DNA of 64,000 nt from a virus: the IMG/VR virus record IMGVR_UViG_3300023180_000017. The stretch is one strand, 5' to 3'. Every line of letters starts with the position of its first letter. The stretch's first letter is position 1. Below the pieces are notes generated by a model. The model saw only the letters and a program-made list of their open reading frames with translations, did not search any database and was not told the origin of the DNA. The position numbers and the translations under genes are program-made. Positions 37,337 to 45,928 of this stretch are shown in pieces.

Positions 37337-37894
37337 ATGGCAAACAACGTCTACAATGATATTTCGCTAGTCTCTAGCAACAAAAGTGCAAGGAAAAAAT
37401 TTATTGAAGCCTTTCAATCGGTAACGGATTTGAATGAGTGCGGATTAGAATTTTCTTCTATCCTTCCTGAATGGGATGGTGAATGGGCTTCGCGGGAATA
37501 CATGGAAGAGTACGTTGGTCCAAAGTGGGCAAACCTAGATGATTATCAAGGTGATGACTATGCTTATGTTGTTTCAGCATGGGGCCCGCCGGTAGCTTTC
37601 ATGAGACAATTAGCTAAAGAACTAAGCATGTTAGATGCAGACGTTAAACTTCGTATGAATTACACCGACGAGTTTTATAACTTTATAGGTACATGGGTAT
37701 TTGCTAACGGTGAAGAAGATTATGAAGAAGCCGATGGTGATTGGTTCTTTAGAAAAAGAGCAGAAGAAGTAGGCACCCCGCTAAAAGAATATGACTCTTT
37801 TGAAGATGATGGGTGGTATGATTTTATTGATGAAACAATCTTCAGCTGGGCAGATGAAATGTTGAGAGACAAAGATGAAATTAAATTACTCTGA
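37337..37894 (+). CDS. Acidic hypothetical protein (DUF1281/YubB-like)
   Basis: MANNVYN, GPKWA, SAWGPP. Confidence 0.55.
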   Translation: MANNVYNDISLVSSNKSARKKFIEAFQSVTDLNECGLEFSSILPEWDGEWASREYMEEYVGPKWANLDDYQGDDYAYVVSAWGPPVAFMRQLAKELSMLDADVKLRMNYTDEFYNFIGTWVFANGEEDYEEADGDWFFRKRAEEVGTPLKEYDSFEDDGWYDFIDETIFSWADEMLRDKDEIKLL

Positions 37895-38312
37895 GGCTTT
37901 TAAAAAAAGCCAACGTATAGGGTTTACCTGTAGCACATTTGATTTGTTGCATGCAGGACACATCACAATGCTTGAAGAAGCTAAACGAAATTGTGATTAC
38001 TTGATTGTTGGACTACAAAACGATCCCACGTTAGATCGTCCAGAGAAAAATCGTCCAGTACAATCTATTGTAGAAAGGCAAATTCAATTGGCAGCTGTAA
38101 AATATATCGACGAAATTGTCATATATAATACAGAACGAGATTTAATTGATTTGCTTTTGACTTTACCTATTGATGTTAGAATTATAGGTGAGGAGTATAG
38201 AGACAAAGAGTTTACAGGAAAAGAACTTCCTATAGAAATGGTTTATAATTCTAGAAAGCATTCCTTTAGTAGCACAAGTTTAAGAAAGAGGGTAGCAGAT
38301 GAAGCAGTATAA
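37875..38312 (+). CDS. Cytidylyltransferase (TagD/RfaE-like)
   Basis: STFDLLHAGH, YLIVGL, ER..QL, SSTSLR. Confidence 0.88.
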   Translation: MKLNYSEAFKKSQRIGFTCSTFDLLHAGHITMLEEAKRNCDYLIVGLQNDPTLDRPEKNRPVQSIVERQIQLAAVKYIDEIVIYNTERDLIDLLLTLPIDVRIIGEEYRDKEFTGKELPIEMVYNSRKHSFSSTSLRKRVADEAV

Positions 38313-38469
38313 GGTTAGAGAAAGAAGGTTAGGAGCTCTTGAAAGATTAGAGAGCGCAAAGTTTTTCCCAAAGAAAAACAAAAAGGGACAAGAGCGTTCC
38401 GAAAAGACTTGGGAAGAAAATAGGCAAGCTCAAATTGAGACTTTGAAGAAGAGGGTAAACTTTGCATAG
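38299..38469 (+). CDS. 56-aa basic hypothetical protein (not in ORF track)
   Basis: MKQYKVRERRLGALERLESAKFFPK... Confidence 0.55.
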   Translation: MKQYKVRERRLGALERLESAKFFPKKNKKGQERSEKTWEENRQAQIETLKKRVNFA

Positions 38470-38641
38470 GTTTACCGAGCATGTAACGGAACTACATAAT
38501 ATAGCTCGCAAAGTTGAAATTGAATTTGGTAATGTAAATGGCACAATATCTCAAACATTGAGGAAATGTGCCGATCGATTAAATGAAATTGGAAAAGGTG
38601 AAAAAAATGAGCAAAGAAACAGTACAAAGAAAAATAGCTAA
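38462..38641 (+). CDS. 59-aa hypothetical protein (TTG start; not in ORF track)
   Basis: ..ELHNIARKVEIEFG..SQTLRKCADRLNEI; fills the gap in an operon. Confidence 0.45.
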   Translation: MHRFTEHVTELHNIARKVEIEFGNVNGTISQTLRKCADRLNEIGKGEKNEQRNSTKKNS

Positions 38642-38795
38642 TTGTATTATGGCTAGTAAGAGGGCTTTAGATCCTAGTTTTAGAGCCTATTGGAAAGATA
38701 CGGCATCAAAACTAGCAACTCAGTACAATGTGAACTTAGAAGAAATTAAAAAACATCCGGAGTTTTATAATGCTAAAGCTAGTAGCATGCACTAA
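38607..38795 (+). CDS. Small hypothetical protein
   Basis: ORF; ATG 38607 after AAGG. Confidence 0.55.
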   Translation: MSKETVQRKIANCIMASKRALDPSFRAYWKDTASKLATQYNVNLEEIKKHPEFYNAKASSMH

Positions 38796-39117
38796 GTTAT
38801 GGAATAACATTGGCACGTCGGATATTCCGATGTGGCGTGTTGTTGGTGGTAACGAATATATTATTGCTAGGTTTGAAGAGGAGCCCACTTGGGCAGACGT
38901 GGGCGAGGCAGTAACTAAGTTCATGCACATCCTTGAAGGTAAGATTCAAATGGGGATTGTTGAAACCTATGTTGGATTTGATTTGTTTGACAATAACAAT
39001 CTAACACATGGCGAAAACTTTCAATTACAAAATGGCGGAACTATTGATTTCCCCACAGAGGACTTAACAAAGTTAGATGTTCGAGAAGACATGGCTGGAA
39101 TCTCAGGGGAAATTTGA
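38770..39117 (+). CDS. Hypothetical protein, distant paralog of 33643-34128
   Basis: KLVACTKLWNNIG..PMWRVVGGNEYII. Confidence 0.6.
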   Translation: MLKLVACTKLWNNIGTSDIPMWRVVGGNEYIIARFEEEPTWADVGEAVTKFMHILEGKIQMGIVETYVGFDLFDNNNLTHGENFQLQNGGTIDFPTEDLTKLDVREDMAGISGEI

Positions 39118-39130
39118 GAACAAAGATAAG

Positions 39131-39853
39131 ATGCCACCTAGGCTAACTATAGCCTATTCTTACTTTGAAGAACCTGAGTTACTAGAAAAACAAATAAGTC
39201 TCTGGGAGGATTATCCTCCTGGAGTAGAAATTTTTATTACAGATGATTATTCTGTAAAATATCCAGCACATGATATACTTAAAGATGTTTATTTTCCATA
39301 CGGTGTTGATATACAGCTTTGGAGAGTAACAAGAGATCTAGGATTTAATTCTCATGGTTGTAGAAATTTAGCAGCCAAGTACGCACCAACAGATGTTATT
39401 GCTTTTTTAGATATGGACATGACATTAAATCCAGGTGATGTTGGGCAGTTAAGAAGAATAACTTATTCTAAAGGCAGAGCATACTTCTTCAATATGTATA
39501 GTTATGCTAAGAAACAATTTTTTCAATTCCCAGGACATTTGAATACATTTATTGTACATCGAGATACCTATTGGGAAGCCGGTGGTTATGATGAGTCCTT
39601 TACGGGATATCATACAGGAGATAGAGAATTTCATCAACGTTTAGAACAGGTTTCTACAAGAAACAATGTTGGTATTACCTTAGGACTACACCGAGGTGGT
39701 AGAAAAGCTGTTGTTGATGTGGGTGTAGAGGGCATATTAGAGTATGATAACGAAAATATGCTAATTAAATACTCTAAACCTGTTCCAAATTTGGAACAGT
39801 TAAGGGGTACAGTTTCTAACAAAATAAACTTTCCTTTTGTTAGATTGTTATAA
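39131..39853 (+). CDS. GT-A glycosyltransferase (GT2/GT7-like)
   Basis: ITDDYS, GCRNLAA, FLDMD, GGYDESFTGY..GD; start may be 39077. Confidence 0.8.
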   Translation: MPPRLTIAYSYFEEPELLEKQISLWEDYPPGVEIFITDDYSVKYPAHDILKDVYFPYGVDIQLWRVTRDLGFNSHGCRNLAAKYAPTDVIAFLDMDMTLNPGDVGQLRRITYSKGRAYFFNMYSYAKKQFFQFPGHLNTFIVHRDTYWEAGGYDESFTGYHTGDREFHQRLEQVSTRNNVGITLGLHRGGRKAVVDVGVEGILEYDNENMLIKYSKPVPNLEQLRGTVSNKINFPFVRLL

Positions 39854-39856
39854 ATA
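39849..39856 (+). promoter_or_regulatory. T4-type late promoter
   Basis: TATAAATA. Confidence 0.7.
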
Positions 39857-39906
39857 ATAAAGCACACATGTATAGTGTGCTTGATATATATATCAGGGAG
39901 AGACTT

Positions 39907-40872
39907 ATGAAAAAACTAGCTATTGCCTTAATGGCGACTGGCTTGTTAGGCATGGTGGGCTGTGCTTCCACGGGTACCGAGTATTACGAGGCTATCAGGA
40001 AAACAGCAGAAGCTAATGCTTTAGCAAGCGCCGCTAAATATGAGGCGTTATCAAAAATAGCAAGTAGTGGAGATCAAGGGGCAGCATCAGCCGCGGTTAT
40101 GGCTATTGCGCTTACTCAAGACAGGTCTGTAGTTCCCCAATATGTTGAGTCAGATGCCTTAAAGTGGGCCAGCGTCTTAGTACCTGGAGCCACTACATTA
40201 GGTAGCATCTGGTTGCAAACGGACTTAGCTAAAGCTCAATCTAATAATAGCAAGGAAATTCAAATGGCAAGTTTTGCTTCGAATCAAGCTATTCAATTGG
40301 GACAGCAGGACATGGTTGTTGGTCTAGGATCACAATGGTCTACTGCTTCTACAGCTAGTGCTGATCTTGCGATTGCAGGATTTACTGCTCTTAATACCGC
40401 AGGACAACAAACAGTTGACTTAGGTATTGCGGGACTTGGCACTGCTGATAGTATTGCAGGTGCTGGCTTTGACGCCACCACCAACGTTGCAGGCTTAGGT
40501 TTTGCCACTGTTGACAGTGTTGCAACAACCGGATTCCAAACTTCACAAAACATTTCAACTGCAGGTATGACTGGAATTGTAGATGTTAGTAAATGGGGTA
40601 TGGATGGAATGGAGGCACTTGGTACAGCCGGCATGACTGGCATGGTTGATATTTCAACAGGGTACAATACTTTGTTGGATAGCATTCAAACTACCAATGC
40701 TGCTACTCTAACTACCACGTTGGGTGACGCTAATGCAACTAACTTGTCGGGACAGTCTAACTACGCTACAATCATTGCCAGCTTACAGGCAACGATTAAT
40801 CAAATTAGCGCAGATCTAGCAACTCCAATTACTTGTCAGGATGATGGCACAGGCACTATTGTTTGTAACTAA
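39907..40872 (+). CDS. Lipoprotein with 11-residue Gly/Ala/Thr repeats
   Basis: MKKLAIALMATGLLGMVG-C lipobox; RBS GGGAG. Confidence 0.75.
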   Translation: MKKLAIALMATGLLGMVGCASTGTEYYEAIRKTAEANALASAAKYEALSKIASSGDQGAASAAVMAIALTQDRSVVPQYVESDALKWASVLVPGATTLGSIWLQTDLAKAQSNNSKEIQMASFASNQAIQLGQQDMVVGLGSQWSTASTASADLAIAGFTALNTAGQQTVDLGIAGLGTADSIAGAGFDATTNVAGLGFATVDSVATTGFQTSQNISTAGMTGIVDVSKWGMDGMEALGTAGMTGMVDISTGYNTLLDSIQTTNAATLTTTLGDANATNLSGQSNYATIIASLQATINQISADLATPITCQDDGTGTIVCN

Positions 40873-40885
40873 TTCCTAACCAACT

Positions 40886-40913
40886 AGGGCTCGAAAGAGC
40901 CCTTATCTTTCTT
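40886..40913 (+). terminator. Rho-independent terminator
   Basis: AGGGCTC-GAAA-GAGCCCT followed by TATCTTTCTT. Confidence 0.8.
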
Positions 40914-40920
40914 TAGATCT

Positions 40921-40993
40921 TATAAATACTTGATTCCCATAGGGGAAATAAGTCAAAATAATGCTTGACAAAAGGCTCATTTTGTGCTATAAT
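40921..40993 (+). promoter_or_regulatory. Composite promoter: late TATAAATA overlapping an IHF box, then sigma70 promoter
   Basis: TATAAATA(40921), TAAATACTTGATT(40923), TTGACA(40965)-17-TGcTATAAT(40988). Confidence 0.75.
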
Positions 40994-41004
40994 AATGGTA
41001 TAAA

Positions 41005-42204
41005 ATGAAGAAACGGACTAAAGAAATGCTCTCATTCAAGAAACACATTACAGAACAGACAGAAGAAGACAAGCTCAAGCACTTGGAGCATGTAGAGGAT
41101 CACGTCATACACGGAGGCGAACAAGGGTTTGCCCACGCCTTCCACAATTTGAACGATGTACATAACAAGTTGCTAGGCGGACAAAATGACACCAAAATTA
41201 CTGTGAAGTATGATGGTAGTCCATCAGTCGTTTTTGGTAAGCATCCCGACACAGGTAAATTTTTTGTAGGATCTAAATCTGTGTTCAACAAGAAACCTAA
41301 AATTAATTATACACCTGAGGACATCGATAAGAACCACGGCCATTCCCCAGGGTTAACACAAAAATTAAAGGCTGCACTAGCACACTTACCTAAAGTTCAC
41401 TCAGGTGAGGGTGTTTATCAAGCAGACATTATGCACACAAAAGGTGATGTTCGACACGATGGCACTCGTGTACATTACACACCGAACACAATTACCTACC
41501 ACCACGATTCTAGCTCGGAACATGCACAAAAGGCTATGAACTCTCAAATAGGTATTGCAGTACATACAAAATACGAAGGCAAAAACTTTGCAGATATGAA
41601 AGCTGTTCATGGTGCAGACATTGAACTTAATGATCACCCTGATGTACACAATCTAAGTGTTCAACACGATTTAAGCAAAGTTGCTTATACACAGGAACAG
41701 CAGTCAGAGTACAAAAAACATATGGCAGCAGCCACAGAAGTGTTTAAGAAAACCAAAAAAGAAGCACACGCACACGTTGGCAAGCATGCAGAACACATTA
41801 AGACGTATATCAATCAAACTGTTCGCGATGGTAGTGAACCCAATCATGATGATTTCATAAAACATTATACAGCACATCATGATAAAAAGATAGCAGGAGT
41901 TAAATCGCCTGCTGCTAAGGCAAGACACACAGCAACCCGAGATAATGCCATTGCACATGCTAGTAAAAGCAAAGAACATATTACTAGCGTTCTACAAATG
42001 CACAAGCATTTACAAAATGCCAAAAACGTATTAACAAATGCCTTAGCATCCCATTCAGAGGTTGGACATGAAATTGGTGGGTTGCCCACAAAACCAGAAG
42101 GTTATGTTGTACACAGAAATGGACGCCCTTCTAAGTTTGTAGCACGACATGAGTTTAGTGCTGCCAACTTTGCTAGAGGAGACGAATTAAAAAAAGGTAA
42201 GTAA
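41005..42204 (+). CDS. His-rich ligase-like nucleotidyltransferase-fold protein, putative internal virion protein
   Basis: KYDG, EGYVV, K motifs; MLSFKKHITE CTS-like; start 41005 or 41026. Confidence 0.55.
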   Translation: MKKRTKEMLSFKKHITEQTEEDKLKHLEHVEDHVIHGGEQGFAHAFHNLNDVHNKLLGGQNDTKITVKYDGSPSVVFGKHPDTGKFFVGSKSVFNKKPKINYTPEDIDKNHGHSPGLTQKLKAALAHLPKVHSGEGVYQADIMHTKGDVRHDGTRVHYTPNTITYHHDSSSEHAQKAMNSQIGIAVHTKYEGKNFADMKAVHGADIELNDHPDVHNLSVQHDLSKVAYTQEQQSEYKKHMAAATEVFKKTKKEAHAHVGKHAEHIKTYINQTVRDGSEPNHDDFIKHYTAHHDKKIAGVKSPAAKARHTATRDNAIAHASKSKEHITSVLQMHKHLQNAKNVLTNALASHSEVGHEIGGLPTKPEGYVVHRNGRPSKFVARHEFSAANFARGDELKKGK

Positions 42205-42453
42205 ATGACGAAGTTAAAGCACTGGTGGTTAAAATTAATTAAAGAAGAATGGGAGTTAACCATTTTTCATATAGGTGATACAAAAGTATTGCCTGATGGT
42301 AGTAGGTTAGAGACAAGTTCGCCAAAGACATATCGTGTCAAAAAGCTAACAAAAATTACCCCTACACATTTTAAGTTTACAGACACACAGGGACAAAAAC
42401 ATGAAATTAAAACAGTCGCTCCTGTGGGTTACAATTTAGTAAAGGTATTTTAG
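42205..42453 (+). CDS. Hypothetical protein
   Basis: Abutting ORF in operon. Confidence 0.6.
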   Translation: MTKLKHWWLKLIKEEWELTIFHIGDTKVLPDGSRLETSSPKTYRVKKLTKITPTHFKFTDTQGQKHEIKTVAPVGYNLVKVF

Positions 42454-43095
42454 ATGCAAAAAGATAAACATATTGTGTTCGCATTTGGTAGGTTAAATCC
42501 TCCTACTGCGGGGCACAGCAAACTAATTGATAAAGTACATCAGTTAGCAAAGCAACATGGCGCAGATCACAGAGTTATTGTTAGCCATTCTTTTGATAAA
42601 AATAAAAATCCTTTACAGGCACATCAAAAAATTAATTACTTAAAGCACATTCATACGGGTGTTAAGTTTGAGGCAAGTAGTAGAGAACATCCTCATTTCT
42701 TAGCACATCTTAAAAAAATGCATCAAGAAGGACATACGCATGTAACTATGGTAGCGGGTTCGGATAGAGTATCAGAGTTTCAAAGACTAGCTGATAAGTA
42801 CAACGGACCTAATGGTGAGTATCACTTCAAACATTTGAAAGTAGTATCTGCAGGACAGAGAGATCCAGATGCAGATGGAGTAGCAGGCATTAGTGGGACT
42901 AAAATGAGAACACATGCCGGAAATAATGATTATAAAAGTTTCAAGTCTGGGTTGCACCCCAGGGCATCTGATATGCACGCTAAAAAACTATTCCAAGCAA
43001 CAAGGCATGGAATGGGATTGCATGAAGATTCCGATTTAAAAATGTCCTTCAGTAAATTCTTAGTGGAGGAAAACAATGTGGTGGTTTCTAGTTAG
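42454..43095 (+). CDS. His-rich cytidyltransferase-like (HxGH) protein
   Basis: FGRLNPPTAGH, KNPL, VAGSDRV, ISGTKMR. Confidence 0.8.
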   Translation: MQKDKHIVFAFGRLNPPTAGHSKLIDKVHQLAKQHGADHRVIVSHSFDKNKNPLQAHQKINYLKHIHTGVKFEASSREHPHFLAHLKKMHQEGHTHVTMVAGSDRVSEFQRLADKYNGPNGEYHFKHLKVVSAGQRDPDADGVAGISGTKMRTHAGNNDYKSFKSGLHPRASDMHAKKLFQATRHGMGLHEDSDLKMSFSKFLVEENNVVVSS

Positions 43096-43393
43096 AGCAG
43101 TCGTCTCTGGCATTATAAGTTCATCAGCAGGTCAATGGTTTTTGGGAACAAAAGTAGGTATTTGGTCCCAAGATAAAATCAACAAGTACCTAGACTATCT
43201 GTCTGAAAAATATGACTTAGCTATTCTCAAACAAGAAGAGAAATGGCGTCGTCAATATCCCCTATTAGCAAAACGTATAGATAAATTGGAAGAGTGGTCT
43301 CACCCACCTGTAGCTCCTGGCGGTGCTACAGAACTAAAAGATGAGATAGAAGAACTTAGAAATATTATAAATACAATGAAACAAGGGAAATAA
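43076..43393 (+). CDS. Hypothetical protein, hydrophobic N-terminus
   Basis: RBS GGAGG. Confidence 0.6.
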   Translation: MWWFLVRAVVSGIISSSAGQWFLGTKVGIWSQDKINKYLDYLSEKYDLAILKQEEKWRRQYPLLAKRIDKLEEWSHPPVAPGGATELKDEIEELRNIINTMKQGK

Positions 43394-43396
43394 CCT

Positions 43397-43924
43397 ATGT
43401 TAAGTTTTATAGAGTTTTTTGAAGAAAAACAGAGACTTGATCCTAAGTGTTGGGACGGGTATAAGAAGAAGGGCACCAAGATGAAAGGCGGTGTTCGTGT
43501 AAATAATTGCGTCAAGGAAGAAGCCGGCAAGGACATGACGGTTAAACAGCTACAACAAAAATTTAAAGACGGGACGCATGAAGCATTAACAGATGTCAAA
43601 GTGGGTCGTCATGTTGAATTGCGCAATACAAAAACAGGCAAAACCTCTCACCATTACGTGAAAGAAGATAAGGGTATGGAAGGCATGACCCAAAAAGGCG
43701 GTCATAAACGTCCCACTGAAGATGGTGCCGGCCTGACACAAAAAGGCGTTGAAAAATATAGACGTCAAAATCCAGGAAGTAAACTACAAACTGCTGTTAC
43801 TACTCCTCCTAGCAAACTCAAACCTGGTAGCAAAGCGGCAAAAAGACGTAAATCTTTCTGTGCTAGATCACGTAGCTGGACAGGGGAAAGAGGTAAAGCA
43901 GCAAGAAGAAGATGGAATTGCTAA
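43397..43924 (+). CDS. Basic modular putative internal head protein
   Basis: MLSFIEFFEE; CWDGY..NCVKEE; NPGSKL..RRKSFCAR..RRWNC. Confidence 0.6.
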   Translation: MLSFIEFFEEKQRLDPKCWDGYKKKGTKMKGGVRVNNCVKEEAGKDMTVKQLQQKFKDGTHEALTDVKVGRHVELRNTKTGKTSHHYVKEDKGMEGMTQKGGHKRPTEDGAGLTQKGVEKYRRQNPGSKLQTAVTTPPSKLKPGSKAAKRRKSFCARSRSWTGERGKAARRRWNC

Positions 43925-43925
43925 T

Positions 43926-44297
43926 ATGATATTTAGGTTATTACCATTATTAATGCTTGTTGGCTTCTTTGGTGCAGGTTATCTGTACTACAAAGACACC
44001 CAAGCAAGAATAGAACAATTAAGAGAAAATAATGCTAAACTTGAGGTAGCAGCAGAAGCAAACCGAGAAGCATTTGAAATCTTACAACAGGAAAACGCAG
44101 CCAATCAAGTAAAAATGGCAGAACTTCAATCTGAATTACAACAGGCAGAAGTGTACCAAGATGAGTTGATTGGTAAATTGAGACGTCATAACTTAACCGT
44201 ATTGACATTACAGAAACCAGGTTTAATTGAAAACAGAGTAAACAATGCAAGTGAAAAATTACGAGAAGAGCTACAAGGCATTACTTCTAATCCTTAG
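43926..44297 (+). CDS. Inner-membrane spanin (Rz-like)
   Basis: N-terminal TM MIFRLLPLLMLVGFFGAGYLYY plus coiled coil; overlaps a lipoprotein gene. Confidence 0.7.
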   Translation: MIFRLLPLLMLVGFFGAGYLYYKDTQARIEQLRENNAKLEVAAEANREAFEILQQENAANQVKMAELQSELQQAEVYQDELIGKLRRHNLTVLTLQKPGLIENRVNNASEKLREELQGITSNP

Positions 44298-44679
44298 TTT
44301 AGGATTGGTTTTACAGGGCTGTTCTACATTGCGCCCAGAGCCTAAAGTTATAACACAAATACAAACAGTAGAAAGGACAATACCTATACAGGCACGTCCA
44401 AAAGGTTTAAACTTAAACCAGTTGTACTTCTATGCTGTTACAGAAGAGAACTTTGAAGAGTTTAAAGAAAAATTTGTAAAGGATAACGGAGACTTTGTAT
44501 TCTTTGCTATAAGTGTTCCTGGGTATGAGAATTTATCTTTAAACATGGCAGAACTTAGACGTTTTATAGAACAACAGACAGCACTGATTGTTTACTATGA
44601 GAAGCAGGCTGTACCTGTAAGTGAACAATCTAGAACAGAGGAATTAAGAGAGAGACTCCAAGATGACGGATCTGACTGA
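44245..44679 (+). CDS. Outer-membrane spanin (Rz1-like lipoprotein)
   Basis: Lipobox LVLQG-C, Pro-rich, YENLSLNMAELRRFI. Confidence 0.7.
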   Translation: MQVKNYEKSYKALLLILSLGLVLQGCSTLRPEPKVITQIQTVERTIPIQARPKGLNLNQLYFYAVTEENFEEFKEKFVKDNGDFVFFAISVPGYENLSLNMAELRRFIEQQTALIVYYEKQAVPVSEQSRTEELRERLQDDGSD

Positions 44680-45856
44680 GAAATTAAATGCTGATAAAAA
44701 CAGCATAGGCGACTACATCGACGATTTTAAAAAGTCTGACGCCCCTCAATTTAAAGGCAAAGGCAAGTCTAAACGTAGAAGTATGGCAGTTGCTGCTTAT
44801 CTTGCATCTAAAAGAAAGAAAGAGTCGCATAACGAAGGCAAAGAGCATTCTTGGAAAACAGACGGACACTATACACAAGACGGTAAAGAGTGGAAAGGTC
44901 CACAACACGCACACGACGGTCAAGTAATGACAGGTGAGAAGCACACTGAGAAAAGCGTAAACTTATTTCATTTTAAAGACTTAAAGCCTAATATTAGACA
45001 AAAGATTTTAGACAAACTTAAAGAAGACGCCGAGTACGATCCTACACCAGGAGGCATGGAGTGGGGTACAGATAAGGGTACAGAGTATTTTAAAAAGCTC
45101 ACACCTGGAGAGGAAAAGGCTAAAAAGACAGAACTAATTAAGCCAATTAATACTCCTATTCAAGTTAAAGAAAATTGTGGTTGTGAGGATATAGAAGTTG
45201 AAACTGAAAAGGATAACTCTAAACACGAGTACAGAAAACAAAACGAGGCAGAAGCAGACACTTTAACTGACGAAGATATTAAGTCATTAGAAGCAGAAGC
45301 AGAAAATTTTACATGGGAAGATGCCTTATCATTACATCTATATGATGACGATGAGCTTGAGGATATAACAGATTATCATAGCGATATTAATATAACAGAA
45401 GTTTTATCGGTACAAGGAAGATTAAAAAGACGTTTCTCTGCTAGACGTAACAGACAAAAATTAAAAGTAGCAAGACAAATTGCCCTACGTAGAGGTTCTT
45501 CACCCGAAAGATTAAAGAAAAGAGCTGTTCGTGGAGCTCGTGGTATGGTCTACAAAAGACTATTACGAGGTAGAAACAGAGCCAACTTACCACCTGCAGA
45601 AAGATCAAGACTTGAAACAATGGTAAAAAGATTTGCACCTCTTGTTTCAAGATTAGCTGTTAAAATGTTACCCAACATGCGTAAAATGGAAATAGCTAGA
45701 ATGAAGAGCAGGGGATCTAAAAAGGCACAAGTGTCTAAGAAATATAAACCTGCAAAACCTATAAAGAGCAGTTCACAAAAATCTAAAAAGGCAAAAATAC
45801 CTAAGCCAAAGAAACCTAAAAAGGTTAAGAGCTACGGTAAAGTCGGCATCGGCTAA
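44663..45856 (+). CDS. Modular putative head-internal/core protein
   Basis: SDAPQFKGK module, GTD..TPGE module, acidic linker, very basic C-terminus. Confidence 0.55.
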   Translation: MTDLTEKLNADKNSIGDYIDDFKKSDAPQFKGKGKSKRRSMAVAAYLASKRKKESHNEGKEHSWKTDGHYTQDGKEWKGPQHAHDGQVMTGEKHTEKSVNLFHFKDLKPNIRQKILDKLKEDAEYDPTPGGMEWGTDKGTEYFKKLTPGEEKAKKTELIKPINTPIQVKENCGCEDIEVETEKDNSKHEYRKQNEAEADTLTDEDIKSLEAEAENFTWEDALSLHLYDDDELEDITDYHSDINITEVLSVQGRLKRRFSARRNRQKLKVARQIALRRGSSPERLKKRAVRGARGMVYKRLLRGRNRANLPPAERSRLETMVKRFAPLVSRLAVKMLPNMRKMEIARMKSRGSKKAQVSKKYKPAKPIKSSSQKSKKAKIPKPKKPKKVKSYGKVGIG

Positions 45857-45894
45857 AAAAGATTTAATCTTTTTTTAATTCAATGTTCATTTCT

Positions 45895-45902
45895 TATAAA
45901 TA
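45895..45902 (+). promoter_or_regulatory. T4-type late promoter
   Basis: TATAAATA. Confidence 0.7.
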
Positions 45903-45928
45903 CCATTGTAATTCAAAGGTAATTAACA

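Noticed and set aside
43749-43925. N-terminal extension of the i-spanin ORF
   Set aside because: It overlaps the preceding gene; the TM-first start at 43926 fits spanin topology
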